Positions 16,704-24,865 of a DNA stretch of 32,000 nucleotides are shown piece by piece (position 1 is the stretch's first letter; each line of letters opens with the position of its first letter). The notes beneath the pieces were generated by a model, which saw only the letters and a program-made list of their open reading frames with translations, was not told the DNA's origin and did not search any database. The stretch lies in NCBI GenBank assembly GCA_000008085.1, contig AE017199.1, forward strand, positions 420,001 to 452,000. Reading direction: 5' to 3'. This DNA comes from Nanoarchaeum equitans Kin4-M. GTDB taxonomy: Archaea; Nanobdellota; Nanobdellia; Nanobdellales; Nanoarchaeaceae. The translations under genes were made by a program, and so were the position numbers.

Positions 16704-17393
16704 TTATTGGTTAACAATAGTTACATTATTTCCGTCGTAGTATATATAAGCGCATGAACTGCCATAACATAGTTTTATTGCTGGATATGTATTAGTTCCA
16801 TCGGTGTATTCTGTTACATATATATAACCATTCCCATCAGAAGTGGCTTTGACTGTTATTTCTTTATTGAAAGTTGTTTTTTCATTGAATACAGCATTAC
16901 CATTTACAGTAACACTATTTAGAGTTGCACTATTAGATACAGACAAATCTTTTGTTGTTACTGTATTATTAACCGCCAAATTATTAGCTGTAACATCCCC
17001 ATTTATTTGAGCATTGCCGTTTACATTTAAACTATTGGCAGTTAGAGAGTTATAAACATACATTGGGACATAGAATGCTGCATTAGTACTGGATAGGCTC
17101 CAATAATCGCTAGAGCTAGAAAGCTTTATATAATTATATGTTATATATAAATTATAAGTCCCATCGTACAATTTTATACCTTGGGTAGCACTTATTAGTA
17201 TTTGTTTTGTTCCGTCAATCCATTTTGCTAAAGCAGTTTTGAAATTAGCTTCATTATTTACAAACCAAAGTTCTGTCCATTTTGTATAAGGACAATAAAC
17301 GGACGGTTGTGAAGTATATGGCCCATTGCATGTTGCTGCCAACGCTGGCACTATTGGTAAGGCAAACAAAATTAATCCTACTTTTGTTCTCAT
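16704..17393 (-). CDS. Secreted or surface protein with Asn/Thr/Val-rich beta-strand repeats (229 aa)
   Basis: Signal-peptide-like N-terminus (MRTKVGLILFALPIVPALAATC). The central repeats are LTANSLNVNGNAQINGDVTANNLAVNNTVTTKDLSVSNSATLNSVTVNGNAVFN. Cys residues lie near both ends. Confidence 0.7.
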   Translation of the reverse strand: MRTKVGLILFALPIVPALAATCNGPYTSQPSVYCPYTKWTELWFVNNEANFKTALAKWIDGTKQILISATQGIKLYDGTYNLYITYNYIKLSSSSDYWSLSSTNAAFYVPMYVYNSLTANSLNVNGNAQINGDVTANNLAVNNTVTTKDLSVSNSATLNSVTVNGNAVFNEKTTFNKEITVKATSDGNGYIYVTEYTDGTNTYPAIKLCYGSSCAYIYYDGNNVTIVNQ

Positions 17394-17442
17394 ACAACTT
17401 ATTGTTTGTCATAATTTAATTATTTGTGTAACTATCAAAAAG

Positions 17443-18387
17443 TTAAATCCAAATCCTCCAATAAGGTCTGGGTTTTGGTTCATAATATATTCCTTGGCTA
17501 TACCAATAATACCCTAAATAAGCAATCATTGCTCCGTTGTCTGTTAAATATTGGCAAGGCAATCTATAGAATTTAAAATTATTTTCTTTAGCCATTTGTT
17601 CTGCCATATCGTTTAGTCTATTGTTGCATGCAACCCCTCCAGTTAGTATTAATTCTTTTTTATCTAACATATGCATGGCTCTTTCTGCTATTTCTAATAT
17701 TAAAGCAAATACCCACTCTTGTAAAGAGTATGCTATGTCCTCTTTGCTATATTGATCTTTAATTCTTTTTATGTATGTATAAATTCCTCCCAATTGTAAG
17801 TTCAAACCTTTTATTGTATAAGGCAATTCGATTAAATTTTTACCTTTTTTTGCCAATTCCTCTATTTTTGGTCCTCCTGGGAATTCTAATCCTAGATCTC
17901 TAGCGACTTTGTCTATTAAATTGCCTACCCCCATATCTAAAGTTTCTCCAACCAAAAACCAACTGTTATTTACTATTGCTAAAAATTGGGTATTCGCTCC
18001 TGATACATATACAAACAATGGGTCTTTCGCTTTAGCTAAATATCTAGCAAATTCATTATGTGCTACTATATGGTTTACCCCAATTACTGGTTTATTTAAT
18101 TTTTTTCCTAAATATACTGCTATGTAATTGCCTAATTTTAATGTAGGTAATAAACCAGGCCCAGAGGAAACAGCTATTAAGTCTATGTCTTTTAAACTAA
18201 TGTTGGCTTTTTCTAATGCTTTTAATAATACTTTGTCAAACTCTTTTAAATGTAATTCTGCTGCTTCTCTAGGATGTATACCATAGCCCTTGTAAGTTAC
18301 CTTTTCATTGGCTAAAACACCTTTTTCACTATCAAATATCCCAACCCCAAATGTGTGGGCAGTACATTCTATTCCCAATACTTTCAT
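17443..18387 (-). CDS. kae1: Kae1 (tRNA N6-adenosine threonylcarbamoyltransferase, KEOPS catalytic subunit)
   Basis: MKVLGIECTAHTFGVGIF...YGIHPREAAELH...DLIAVSSGPGLLPTLKLG...KPVIGVNHIVAHNE...TGGVACNNRL is the Kae1/Gcp family pattern. It overlaps the upstream radical SAM gene by 4 nt. Confidence 0.92.
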   Translation of the reverse strand: MKVLGIECTAHTFGVGIFDSEKGVLANEKVTYKGYGIHPREAAELHLKEFDKVLLKALEKANISLKDIDLIAVSSGPGLLPTLKLGNYIAVYLGKKLNKPVIGVNHIVAHNEFARYLAKAKDPLFVYVSGANTQFLAIVNNSWFLVGETLDMGVGNLIDKVARDLGLEFPGGPKIEELAKKGKNLIELPYTIKGLNLQLGGIYTYIKRIKDQYSKEDIAYSLQEWVFALILEIAERAMHMLDKKELILTGGVACNNRLNDMAEQMAKENNFKFYRLPCQYLTDNGAMIAYLGYYWYSQGIYYEPKPRPYWRIWI

Positions 18388-19433
18388 AGTAATGGTATAG
18401 GGTAATCTATAATGCTTTTTCTAGCATTCCCCTTTATTGGCAATTTGTAACCACAATATTCACATCTATTATCTTTAGTTAAATGTATTTCATATACTTT
18501 GAAACCGAACCTTTTTATTACTGGTTTACCGCATTTGGGGCAATAGGTATTCTCTAGCTTATGCCCTGGGACATTTCCAATATAAACATATTTTATCCCT
18601 TCCTCTTTTGCCACTTCTGCATGTTTCTCTAAAATTTTAACATCTGTGGGGGGTAAGTCCTTCATTTTATACATCGGGTGGAATCGGAGGAAATGTATGT
18701 TGGAATCTTCTCCCATAACATCGTAAATAAATTTTGCTAGCTTTCTAGCATCGTCAATATTATCACCAACTTTTGGCACTATCAAATCGGTTATTTCTAA
18801 GTGTATTCCTTTTTTATAGAATTCCTCTATAGCATGCAATACTGGTTCATAATCTGGGATTAATATGTATTTTCTGGCAAAATCGTTATTGGCATTTCCT
18901 TTAATGTCTATTGTTATCGCATCTAAAAATTTTGCTGCGTACTCTATTGCTTCGTCTGTTAAATAACCATTAGATACCCATGTTATTTTTACTCCATGTT
19001 TTTTGGCTATTTTTGCAAAATCATAAGCATACTCTGCATATATTGATGGTTCATTGTAAGTAAAAGTAACTATAGGTTCTGCATTCAATTTTTGAGAATA
19101 GTTTAGCACAATATCTAATAACTCTTCTGGTGATATGTAAGTGCCAACTATTTGTCTTCTTTGAGAAATGTCATAGTTTATACAATATTTACATGCCCAA
19201 GAACAGCCTGTTGTGCCCAAAGAAAAAGCAACATTTCCAGGGTAAAAATGATATAGGGGTTTTTTCTCTATAGGGTCTATATTGAATGCAACAAACCGTC
19301 CATAGTTTAATACATATATAGTGTTGTTGATGTTTTTTCTTACCCCACAAAAACCTACTGCTCCTTCGAATAGTTTACATTTTCTAGCGCAAGCCAAACA
19401 TGTATTGCCTTTCGCTAAATCTGCTTTCCTCAT
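18384..19433 (-). CDS. Radical SAM enzyme, AmmeMemoRadiSam/PflA-like family
   Basis: N-terminal Cys cluster (CLACARKCKLFEGAVGFCGVRKN), DPIEKKPLYHFYPG, the radical SAM motif GCSWACKYCINYDIS (CxxxCxxC), a C-terminal YVYIGNVPG...TYCPKCG...CEYCG ribbon, and HFLRFHPMYKM. Confidence 0.88.
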   Translation of the reverse strand: MRKADLAKGNTCLACARKCKLFEGAVGFCGVRKNINNTIYVLNYGRFVAFNIDPIEKKPLYHFYPGNVAFSLGTTGCSWACKYCINYDISQRRQIVGTYISPEELLDIVLNYSQKLNAEPIVTFTYNEPSIYAEYAYDFAKIAKKHGVKITWVSNGYLTDEAIEYAAKFLDAITIDIKGNANNDFARKYILIPDYEPVLHAIEEFYKKGIHLEITDLIVPKVGDNIDDARKLAKFIYDVMGEDSNIHFLRFHPMYKMKDLPPTDVKILEKHAEVAKEEGIKYVYIGNVPGHKLENTYCPKCGKPVIKRFGFKVYEIHLTKDNRCEYCGYKLPIKGNARKSIIDYPIPLL

Positions 19434-19438
19434 ATGAA

Positions 19439-20923
19439 TTATTGATCTTCGTCTTTATTATCTTCAACCTCTAAATAATATAAATCATGGTGGGGTGCAT
19501 CCGCTAACATTGCTATATCGTTGGGCCTATTCTTATAATGGGCCATAATATATATTCCAACAAATTGCCTTAACTTCTCTTCTTGGTTTAGAATGAAATC
19601 TCTTTTGTCCGGTTTAACTAATTTTGGATTTGTGGGGTTTTCTATTTTGGCCGGCTCAGCATCTAATAACAATACATCATACATAAACCTTTCTACAGGG
19701 TCGTCTATGGCATATCTTATAGGCTCTTTCATTTTATGCTCTATAACCATTAGATTGGGGTTTTCCTTTAGCGCTTTCAAAAATCTAACATTAAATGTTC
19801 TACCCGCCCCTTCATAACCATGTATGGTTGTAGAGAATACCAATCTATCGTATTTGTTCATTATTTTATACAAATATGTTACATATACTCCTGCAGCTTC
19901 ATCGACAGCAACTAAATCATATTTTCTTTTAACCAAATCTTGCGGTTGCTTATACTCTATAATTACTTTCCCAGCTTTTATTTTGTTCTTTTTTTCTTCA
20001 TATTTTAGCTCTAACTTTTCCAAAGCTTTTTTCAAAAATTCCCATAGCGATTCTATGTTACCTCTATTCGGTGCAGTTATCCCAATATAGAACGGTTTTT
20101 TATAAAAAACATATGTAATTCCCGCTATCCCCAAACCAACTGCTACGGATTTTCCCCTACCTCTATCGGCAGTTAAAACATAAGCTATCTCTTTATTAAC
20201 AAGGTTTTCGAATTTTTTTAATGCCTCTGCTTGGTCTTTTGTTACGCACATCCCATATAGCTTTTTGGGAAAAACCTCTCCATAAACTCTATGGAATTCT
20301 GCTTTTGGAGGAGCAACATCTTTTTCGTTCTCTATATATTTTATCGCTTTTTCTTTGTCTGTATCATATATATAAACTTCGTGTTCAAACAATTTTTTAA
20401 CCCACCTTTCTTCGAAATAATGCTTTACATCCTTTATAGTATAGGGAGGTGTAACCAAATGTTCATGGAATGTTGTTATTATTTTATCCCATTTATCAAT
20501 AGAGGGAGCTAAAGCGATTATTAATCCAGTGCCTCTAACTAAACCGAATAGCCTTCCCAAATCATCTGGGGTTAGAGAGTTGGTTAAATCCATAATAAGA
20601 ATATCATAAGTTTTACCTAATACCTTTTGAGTTTCTTTAAAATATATTCTATCGAGTTTTGCTCCCTTTAAATTAGTATTTTCTATAAAATATTGATATC
20701 TTCTAATGTTTTGTTCTCTGTCTTCGCTTACATATAATACTTGGGGTTTTACTCTAAGCTCTTTTTGATATCTAATAGCATTTTCTATTATTCCTGGCAA
20801 TGGTTTTTCAGGGTTTTTTCCCGATAATATGATAAATGATCTCCAATAATGTTCTATAGCCCTAGCTTGAGCATTATCGAATACTATTTTTAGATCGCCT
20901 TTTAAGTTAGAGTCGATGCGCAT
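19439..20923 (-). CDS. tmcA: TmcA/NAT10-type tRNA cytidine acetyltransferase, DUF1726 plus helicase/ATPase portion only; the GNAT domain is missing
   Basis: It has LTADRGRGKSVAVG (Walker A of TmcA/Kre33), LVAVDEAA, STTIHGYEGAGRTF and HYKNRPNDIAMLADAPHH. The ORF stops about 15 aa after this last motif, where the acetyltransferase domain normally begins. Confidence 0.85.
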   Translation of the reverse strand: MRIDSNLKGDLKIVFDNAQARAIEHYWRSFIILSGKNPEKPLPGIIENAIRYQKELRVKPQVLYVSEDREQNIRRYQYFIENTNLKGAKLDRIYFKETQKVLGKTYDILIMDLTNSLTPDDLGRLFGLVRGTGLIIALAPSIDKWDKIITTFHEHLVTPPYTIKDVKHYFEERWVKKLFEHEVYIYDTDKEKAIKYIENEKDVAPPKAEFHRVYGEVFPKKLYGMCVTKDQAEALKKFENLVNKEIAYVLTADRGRGKSVAVGLGIAGITYVFYKKPFYIGITAPNRGNIESLWEFLKKALEKLELKYEEKKNKIKAGKVIIEYKQPQDLVKRKYDLVAVDEAAGVYVTYLYKIMNKYDRLVFSTTIHGYEGAGRTFNVRFLKALKENPNLMVIEHKMKEPIRYAIDDPVERFMYDVLLLDAEPAKIENPTNPKLVKPDKRDFILNQEEKLRQFVGIYIMAHYKNRPNDIAMLADAPHHDLYYLEVEDNKDEDQ

Positions 20924-20954
20924 TTGGTTATAAATAAATAGTATTTATGAATGA

Positions 20955-22679
20955 ATGAAGATTAGGCAACCTATAATTACTATATTGGGACATGTAGACC
21001 ATGGTAAAACCACACTGTTAGACAAAATTAGAAAAACAGCAGTGGCACAAAAAGAAGCTGGGGGCATTACCCAACATATTGGAGCAACAGAAGTCCCTAT
21101 AGAGGTTATAGAAAAGATAGCAGAGCCAATAAGAGATATTTTAAAGTTCGAACTAAAAATACCGGGTTTGTTATTTATAGACACCCCTGGCCACGAAGCT
21201 TTTAGCAATTTAAGAAAGAGAGGCGGTTCTATTGCAGATTTAGCTATTGTTGTTATAGACATAAACGAAGGGATTATGCCCCAAACTAAAGAAGCAATTG
21301 AAATATGTAAACAATTTAGAGTTCCATTTATTATTGCTGCTAATAAAATAGACAAAATCCCTGGATGGGAATCAAGAGAAGGATCTTTCATAAAAAATTA
21401 CCAAAGGCAAAGTGATAGGGCGAAACAAGAATTAGAAAATAGAGTATACAATTTAGTTTCCCAATTATATGAATTGGGTTTCGAATCGGATATATTTTTT
21501 AGAATAGAAGATTTTAGGAAAACAGTTGCAATTGTTCCAGTATCAGCAAAAACTGGCGAAGGAATTCCAGAATTATTATTACTAACAGCAGGTTTAGCTC
21601 AAAGATTTCTAACAAAGAAATTAGAGATTGATGAAAACTCTCCTGGAAAAGGGGTTATATTAGAGAAGAAAAAAGATAAAGGTATATATTATTTGGATGT
21701 CATTTTATATGATGGTGTTATAAGGAAAGGAGATACTATCGCTTTTTATGGTATTGAAGGGCCAATAATAACAAAAGTAAGGGGTTTATTTAAAGCGAAG
21801 CCTTTGACAGAGATTAGGGAAAAATCCAATTTTATTCCAGTAAACGAAGCACATGCCGCAGCGGGTATTAGAATATTAACTCCAGAAAACGATAAAGCTT
21901 TGGCAGGTTCCCCATTATATGTTATTAGAAATAACCAATCTAAAATATTGGAACAAATTAAAGAAGAGATAAGCTCTATAGTATTTGAAGAAAAAGAGGG
22001 TTTAGTAGTGAAAGCCGATACATTAGGAACTTTGGAAGCAATAGTTAATATACTAAAATCTAAAGGAATAAAGGTTTCAAAAGCAGGTATTGGAGAGATA
22101 ACAAAAGAAGATATAATTAAAGCACAATCGCAAAAAGATGAAAAGTATAGAGTTATATTGGCTTTTAATGTTAGCCCTATTGAAAGCCCAGTTCCAATAA
22201 TTTATGACAATGTTATCTATAGGTTATTAGAGAAATACGAAGAGTTTTTGAAGCAATTAGAAGAACAAAAGAAGCTTTCTATATTAGATAGATTAACTCC
22301 TGTAGCAAAAATAGAGATAATTCCTGGTTTAGTATTTAGAAGGAAAGACCCAGCAATAGTTGGAGTTAAAGTTATTGGCAAAATAAAGCCCAATGTTTTA
22401 TTAATGAACGAAGAAGGAAAAATAATCGGAAGAGTAAAATCAATACAAAAAGAAGGAGTATCCTTAAAAGAAGCAGAAAATGATGAAGTAGCTATAGCCA
22501 TAGAAGGAGTTACTGTTGGTAGGCAAATAAAAGAAGGAGATACATTATATACTTACATTAGAGAAGAAGAATTTAAAGAATATAAAAAGCATAAAGATTT
22601 GTTAAATGAAACTCAAAAAACCATTTTAAAAGAAATAGCACAAATAATGAGAAAACAAAACCCCACTTGGGGGCTCTAA
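20955..22679 (+). CDS. infB: Translation initiation factor aIF5B (IF-2 family GTPase)
   Basis: QPIITILGHVDHGKTTLLDKIR...GGITQHIGA...FIDTPGHEAF...ANKIDK gives G1-G4, followed by the beta-barrel domains. The TTATAAAT box ends at 20935, 20 nt before the ATG. Confidence 0.95.
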   Translation: MKIRQPIITILGHVDHGKTTLLDKIRKTAVAQKEAGGITQHIGATEVPIEVIEKIAEPIRDILKFELKIPGLLFIDTPGHEAFSNLRKRGGSIADLAIVVIDINEGIMPQTKEAIEICKQFRVPFIIAANKIDKIPGWESREGSFIKNYQRQSDRAKQELENRVYNLVSQLYELGFESDIFFRIEDFRKTVAIVPVSAKTGEGIPELLLLTAGLAQRFLTKKLEIDENSPGKGVILEKKKDKGIYYLDVILYDGVIRKGDTIAFYGIEGPIITKVRGLFKAKPLTEIREKSNFIPVNEAHAAAGIRILTPENDKALAGSPLYVIRNNQSKILEQIKEEISSIVFEEKEGLVVKADTLGTLEAIVNILKSKGIKVSKAGIGEITKEDIIKAQSQKDEKYRVILAFNVSPIESPVPIIYDNVIYRLLEKYEEFLKQLEEQKKLSILDRLTPVAKIEIIPGLVFRRKDPAIVGVKVIGKIKPNVLLMNEEGKIIGRVKSIQKEGVSLKEAENDEVAIAIEGVTVGRQIKEGDTLYTYIREEEFKEYKKHKDLLNETQKTILKEIAQIMRKQNPTWGL

Positions 22680-23179
22680 ATTAGGTCTATAATTGTTTTA
22701 TTTTCGAAATCATTTTCCTTTAGAATTTGCAAGGCTATCTTATTTATTGGCAACCAAGGGTATTTTTTCTTTATTTCACTTAAATCTGCTTCATTTAAAA
22801 TTATTTTTTCTAACAAATTAGGATCATTGTTTTTTAGAAACAAATACACAAAATAAGCTATAAGCTTATTGGCTATTGATTGCTTATCAATAGTCTGGTT
22901 TTCGCAATTTTTTAATCTTTTCAAACAATCTATGTTGCTTTTTAAACTCTCTATGGATTCTAACTTTTTCTCTAAAATAGCTTTTTTCCTTTGCAATATC
23001 TCTATTTTATAATTAATTTCTTCTATTTTTTCTTTAGTTCTAAGGATTTCCAATTTTTTTATAAAATCGTCGAATTCTAAAATGTATTCTAATGTTTCTC
23101 CCATTGATTTGAAACCTAATTCTTGTGTTAGCAATTGTAGTTTCTCTTTTACTCTAGGTGGAACTCTAATGTGTGTCAC
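22676..23179 (-). CDS. Hypothetical protein with an N-terminal ribbon-helix-helix-like segment and a coiled coil (167 aa)
   Basis: IRVPPRVKEKLQLLTQELGFKSMGETLEYILE resembles a CopG/Arc RHH (beta-alpha-alpha). It is followed by a coiled coil (KIEEINYKIEILQRKKAILEKKLESIE). GTG start. Its stop overlaps the infB stop convergently. Confidence 0.5.
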   Translation of the reverse strand: MTHIRVPPRVKEKLQLLTQELGFKSMGETLEYILEFDDFIKKLEILRTKEKIEEINYKIEILQRKKAILEKKLESIESLKSNIDCLKRLKNCENQTIDKQSIANKLIAYFVYLFLKNNDPNLLEKIILNEADLSEIKKKYPWLPINKIALQILKENDFENKTIIDLI

Positions 23180-23206
23180 TTTTATATTAATATAAAGTAC
23201 ATTTAA

Positions 23207-23608
23207 ATGCGCTATGAATTGAGATTATATAAAGAGTTGTCTTTTAAAGAAATAGAAAAAATAGGCGAATTTCTTTTTGGGGTTAATAGAGAATATGATT
23301 TGCTAAAAAAATACAACATAAAACCTTTGTATATCGATACCCCATTGGAATATAAAGAGTATCCCACAATCACAGCTTTGTTTTTATTAAAGGATTTGGC
23401 CAAAGACAAAGTTTATTTAGACGAAGTAGGAGCTAGAGATTTTATCTATGGAAAGGATGTACATCAAAAGAATTTTCTCAAAATAGAAGGCTACAAATAC
23501 GCTAATTTATTAGTTTTAAATGGCCAGGGATTACCTTTAGGTATTGGAAAAATTAAAGGCAAAATATTGAAAAACCTATTTAATATAAGTTTTTATAGGA
23601 GATACTAA
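23207..23608 (+). CDS. Small putative RNA-binding protein with a C-terminal PUA-like domain (Nip7/UPF0113-like impression, 133 aa)
   Basis: The C-terminus (GARDFIYGKDVHQKNF...LLVLNGQGLPLGIGKIKGKILKNLFNISFYRR) resembles the PUA modules of Nip7-type proteins. This assignment is tentative. Confidence 0.45.
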   Translation: MRYELRLYKELSFKEIEKIGEFLFGVNREYDLLKKYNIKPLYIDTPLEYKEYPTITALFLLKDLAKDKVYLDEVGARDFIYGKDVHQKNFLKIEGYKYANLLVLNGQGLPLGIGKIKGKILKNLFNISFYRRY

Positions 23609-23676
23609 CTAATTAGTAAATAATTTTCTAACTATAGAACCACAAGCATTTATTAAAATCTTAGACCATACATTAT

Positions 23677-24747
23677 ATGAGAAGTATAACTCCGATTATT
23701 GCAATAGTAATACTTTTATTAGTCACGATAAGCGCCGTTACTCCTTTATATTTATGGGTACAGAAAGGTGTGCAAAAATATTCTCAAAAAGCTACAAAAA
23801 CTGCAGATACAACATTTAAGTCTATAACTAATCTAGAAATAGCTGATATAAAGATATATAAAAAATATGATGGAGCATTGGCTTTATGGTATTTAGATGA
23901 GGGTTTTGGTAATATTGTTGATGATTATAGTAACAATAATTACAAGCTTAAATTTGAGGGATCTCCGAGATGGGTTAAAGGAGTACTTAGCAACGCTTTA
24001 GAATTTAATGGAAATAGCTCATTAAAAGGAAATTACCAATTGCTTGTTGGTAAAACAAAATGGAGTATAACTTTGATAACAAAACCATATAGTCTTGCCA
24101 ATTACACATATGCAGAGGGCACAACAGATGGTGACAAAATCGTTTTAGAAATTGCTAACAATAAATTTAGAATTGCTATATCTAATAACTCTGTAGGTTG
24201 GCAAAGATTGTCCTCTAGTTTACCTCTTAGTAAAAACGAATGGTATTTTGTTGCTGTAACTTATGATGGAGATAATCTAAAAATATGTGTTAATAATGTT
24301 TGTAATAGTACTAGTGGTATAAAATCAGCAACCACTGGAGGGGGTACAGTAAAAATAGCAAATGGCGTTTATGCTAACTACCCCTATAAAGGAGTTATCG
24401 ACGAAATATATCTATATAATGAACCATTGGACAATAAAACTATTGAAAATCTATACTATAGGCTAACCGTTAGAGTAGTAAACCCTAACGATAGACCAAT
24501 AAAAATAGAGGGTTATTACCAAATAGAAGATCCAGAAACTGGTAATATAATATGTGAGATCCCATTAAAGTATAAAGAAACTTTTATAACAGATTCGGGA
24601 TCAGATTTAATAAAACCATCAAAAGAAGAAACTATAAGAATGGTATTGTTTTACAAAGATAAGCATTGCTCTCTTAATAAATGGAAAACATATAATTTTT
24701 GTTTAACAAACGGTATCAATAGGGTTTGTAAATTGTTCCATCCATAA
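23677..24747 (+). CDS. Surface protein: archaeal type IV pilin-like (class III) signal peptide plus a LamG/concanavalin-A-like lectin domain (356 aa)
   Basis: The N-terminus (MRSITPIIAIVILLLVTISAV) is archaeal prepilin-like. LamG_3 hallmarks are NALEFNGNSSL, NEWYFVAVTYDGDNLKICVNN and YKGVIDEIYLYNEPLDNKTIENLY. Confidence 0.75.
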   Translation: MRSITPIIAIVILLLVTISAVTPLYLWVQKGVQKYSQKATKTADTTFKSITNLEIADIKIYKKYDGALALWYLDEGFGNIVDDYSNNNYKLKFEGSPRWVKGVLSNALEFNGNSSLKGNYQLLVGKTKWSITLITKPYSLANYTYAEGTTDGDKIVLEIANNKFRIAISNNSVGWQRLSSSLPLSKNEWYFVAVTYDGDNLKICVNNVCNSTSGIKSATTGGGTVKIANGVYANYPYKGVIDEIYLYNEPLDNKTIENLYYRLTVRVVNPNDRPIKIEGYYQIEDPETGNIICEIPLKYKETFITDSGSDLIKPSKEETIRMVLFYKDKHCSLNKWKTYNFCLTNGINRVCKLFHP

Positions 24748-24819
24748 TGGGCCCGCGGGGATTCGAACCCCGGACCTCCGCCTCGTGAGGGCGGCGTCAT
24801 ACCCCTAGACTACGGGCCC
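24748..24819 (-). tRNA. tRNA-Val (anticodon CAC), no encoded CCA
   Basis: The minus strand reads GGGCCCG UA GUCU AGGGGUA UGAC G CCGCC CUCACGA GGCGG AGGUC CGGGG UUCGAAU CCCCG CGGGCCC A. Its 3' end directly abuts the stop codon of the convergent LamG gene. Confidence 0.95.
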
Positions 24820-24838
24820 AGTAAATAGGATTAATAAA

Positions 24839-24846
24839 ATTTAAAA
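24839..24846. promoter_or_regulatory. Single palindromic TATA box (ATTTAAAA / TTTTAAAT) shared by tRNA-Val (left) and thpR (right)
   Basis: On the minus strand, TTTTAAAT ends at 24839, 20 nt from tRNA-Val G1 (24819). On the plus strand, TTTAAAA ends at 24846, 20 nt from the thpR ATG (24866). Confidence 0.6.
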
Positions 24847-24865
24847 GCTTAGATATTTTAATTAG

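Noticed and set aside
20945-21391. 148-aa minus-strand ORF overlapping the start of infB. Similar antisense ORFs occur at 22217-22501, 27685-28362, 29500-29814, 30589-30936 and 31373-31885.
   Set aside because: All are antisense to well-supported conserved genes (infB, rpoA1, pheS) and have hydrophobic low-complexity translations typical of the reverse frames of AT-rich genes.
22480-22486. Canonical C-box-like AUGAUGA on the plus strand, plus a second one on the minus strand at 29404-29410, as possible C/D box sRNAs.
   Set aside because: No D or D' box (CUGA) lies within about 70 nt downstream of either. There is no terminal stem, and both lie deep inside conserved CDS (infB, rpoA1). I found no convincing C/D sRNA in any intergenic gap.
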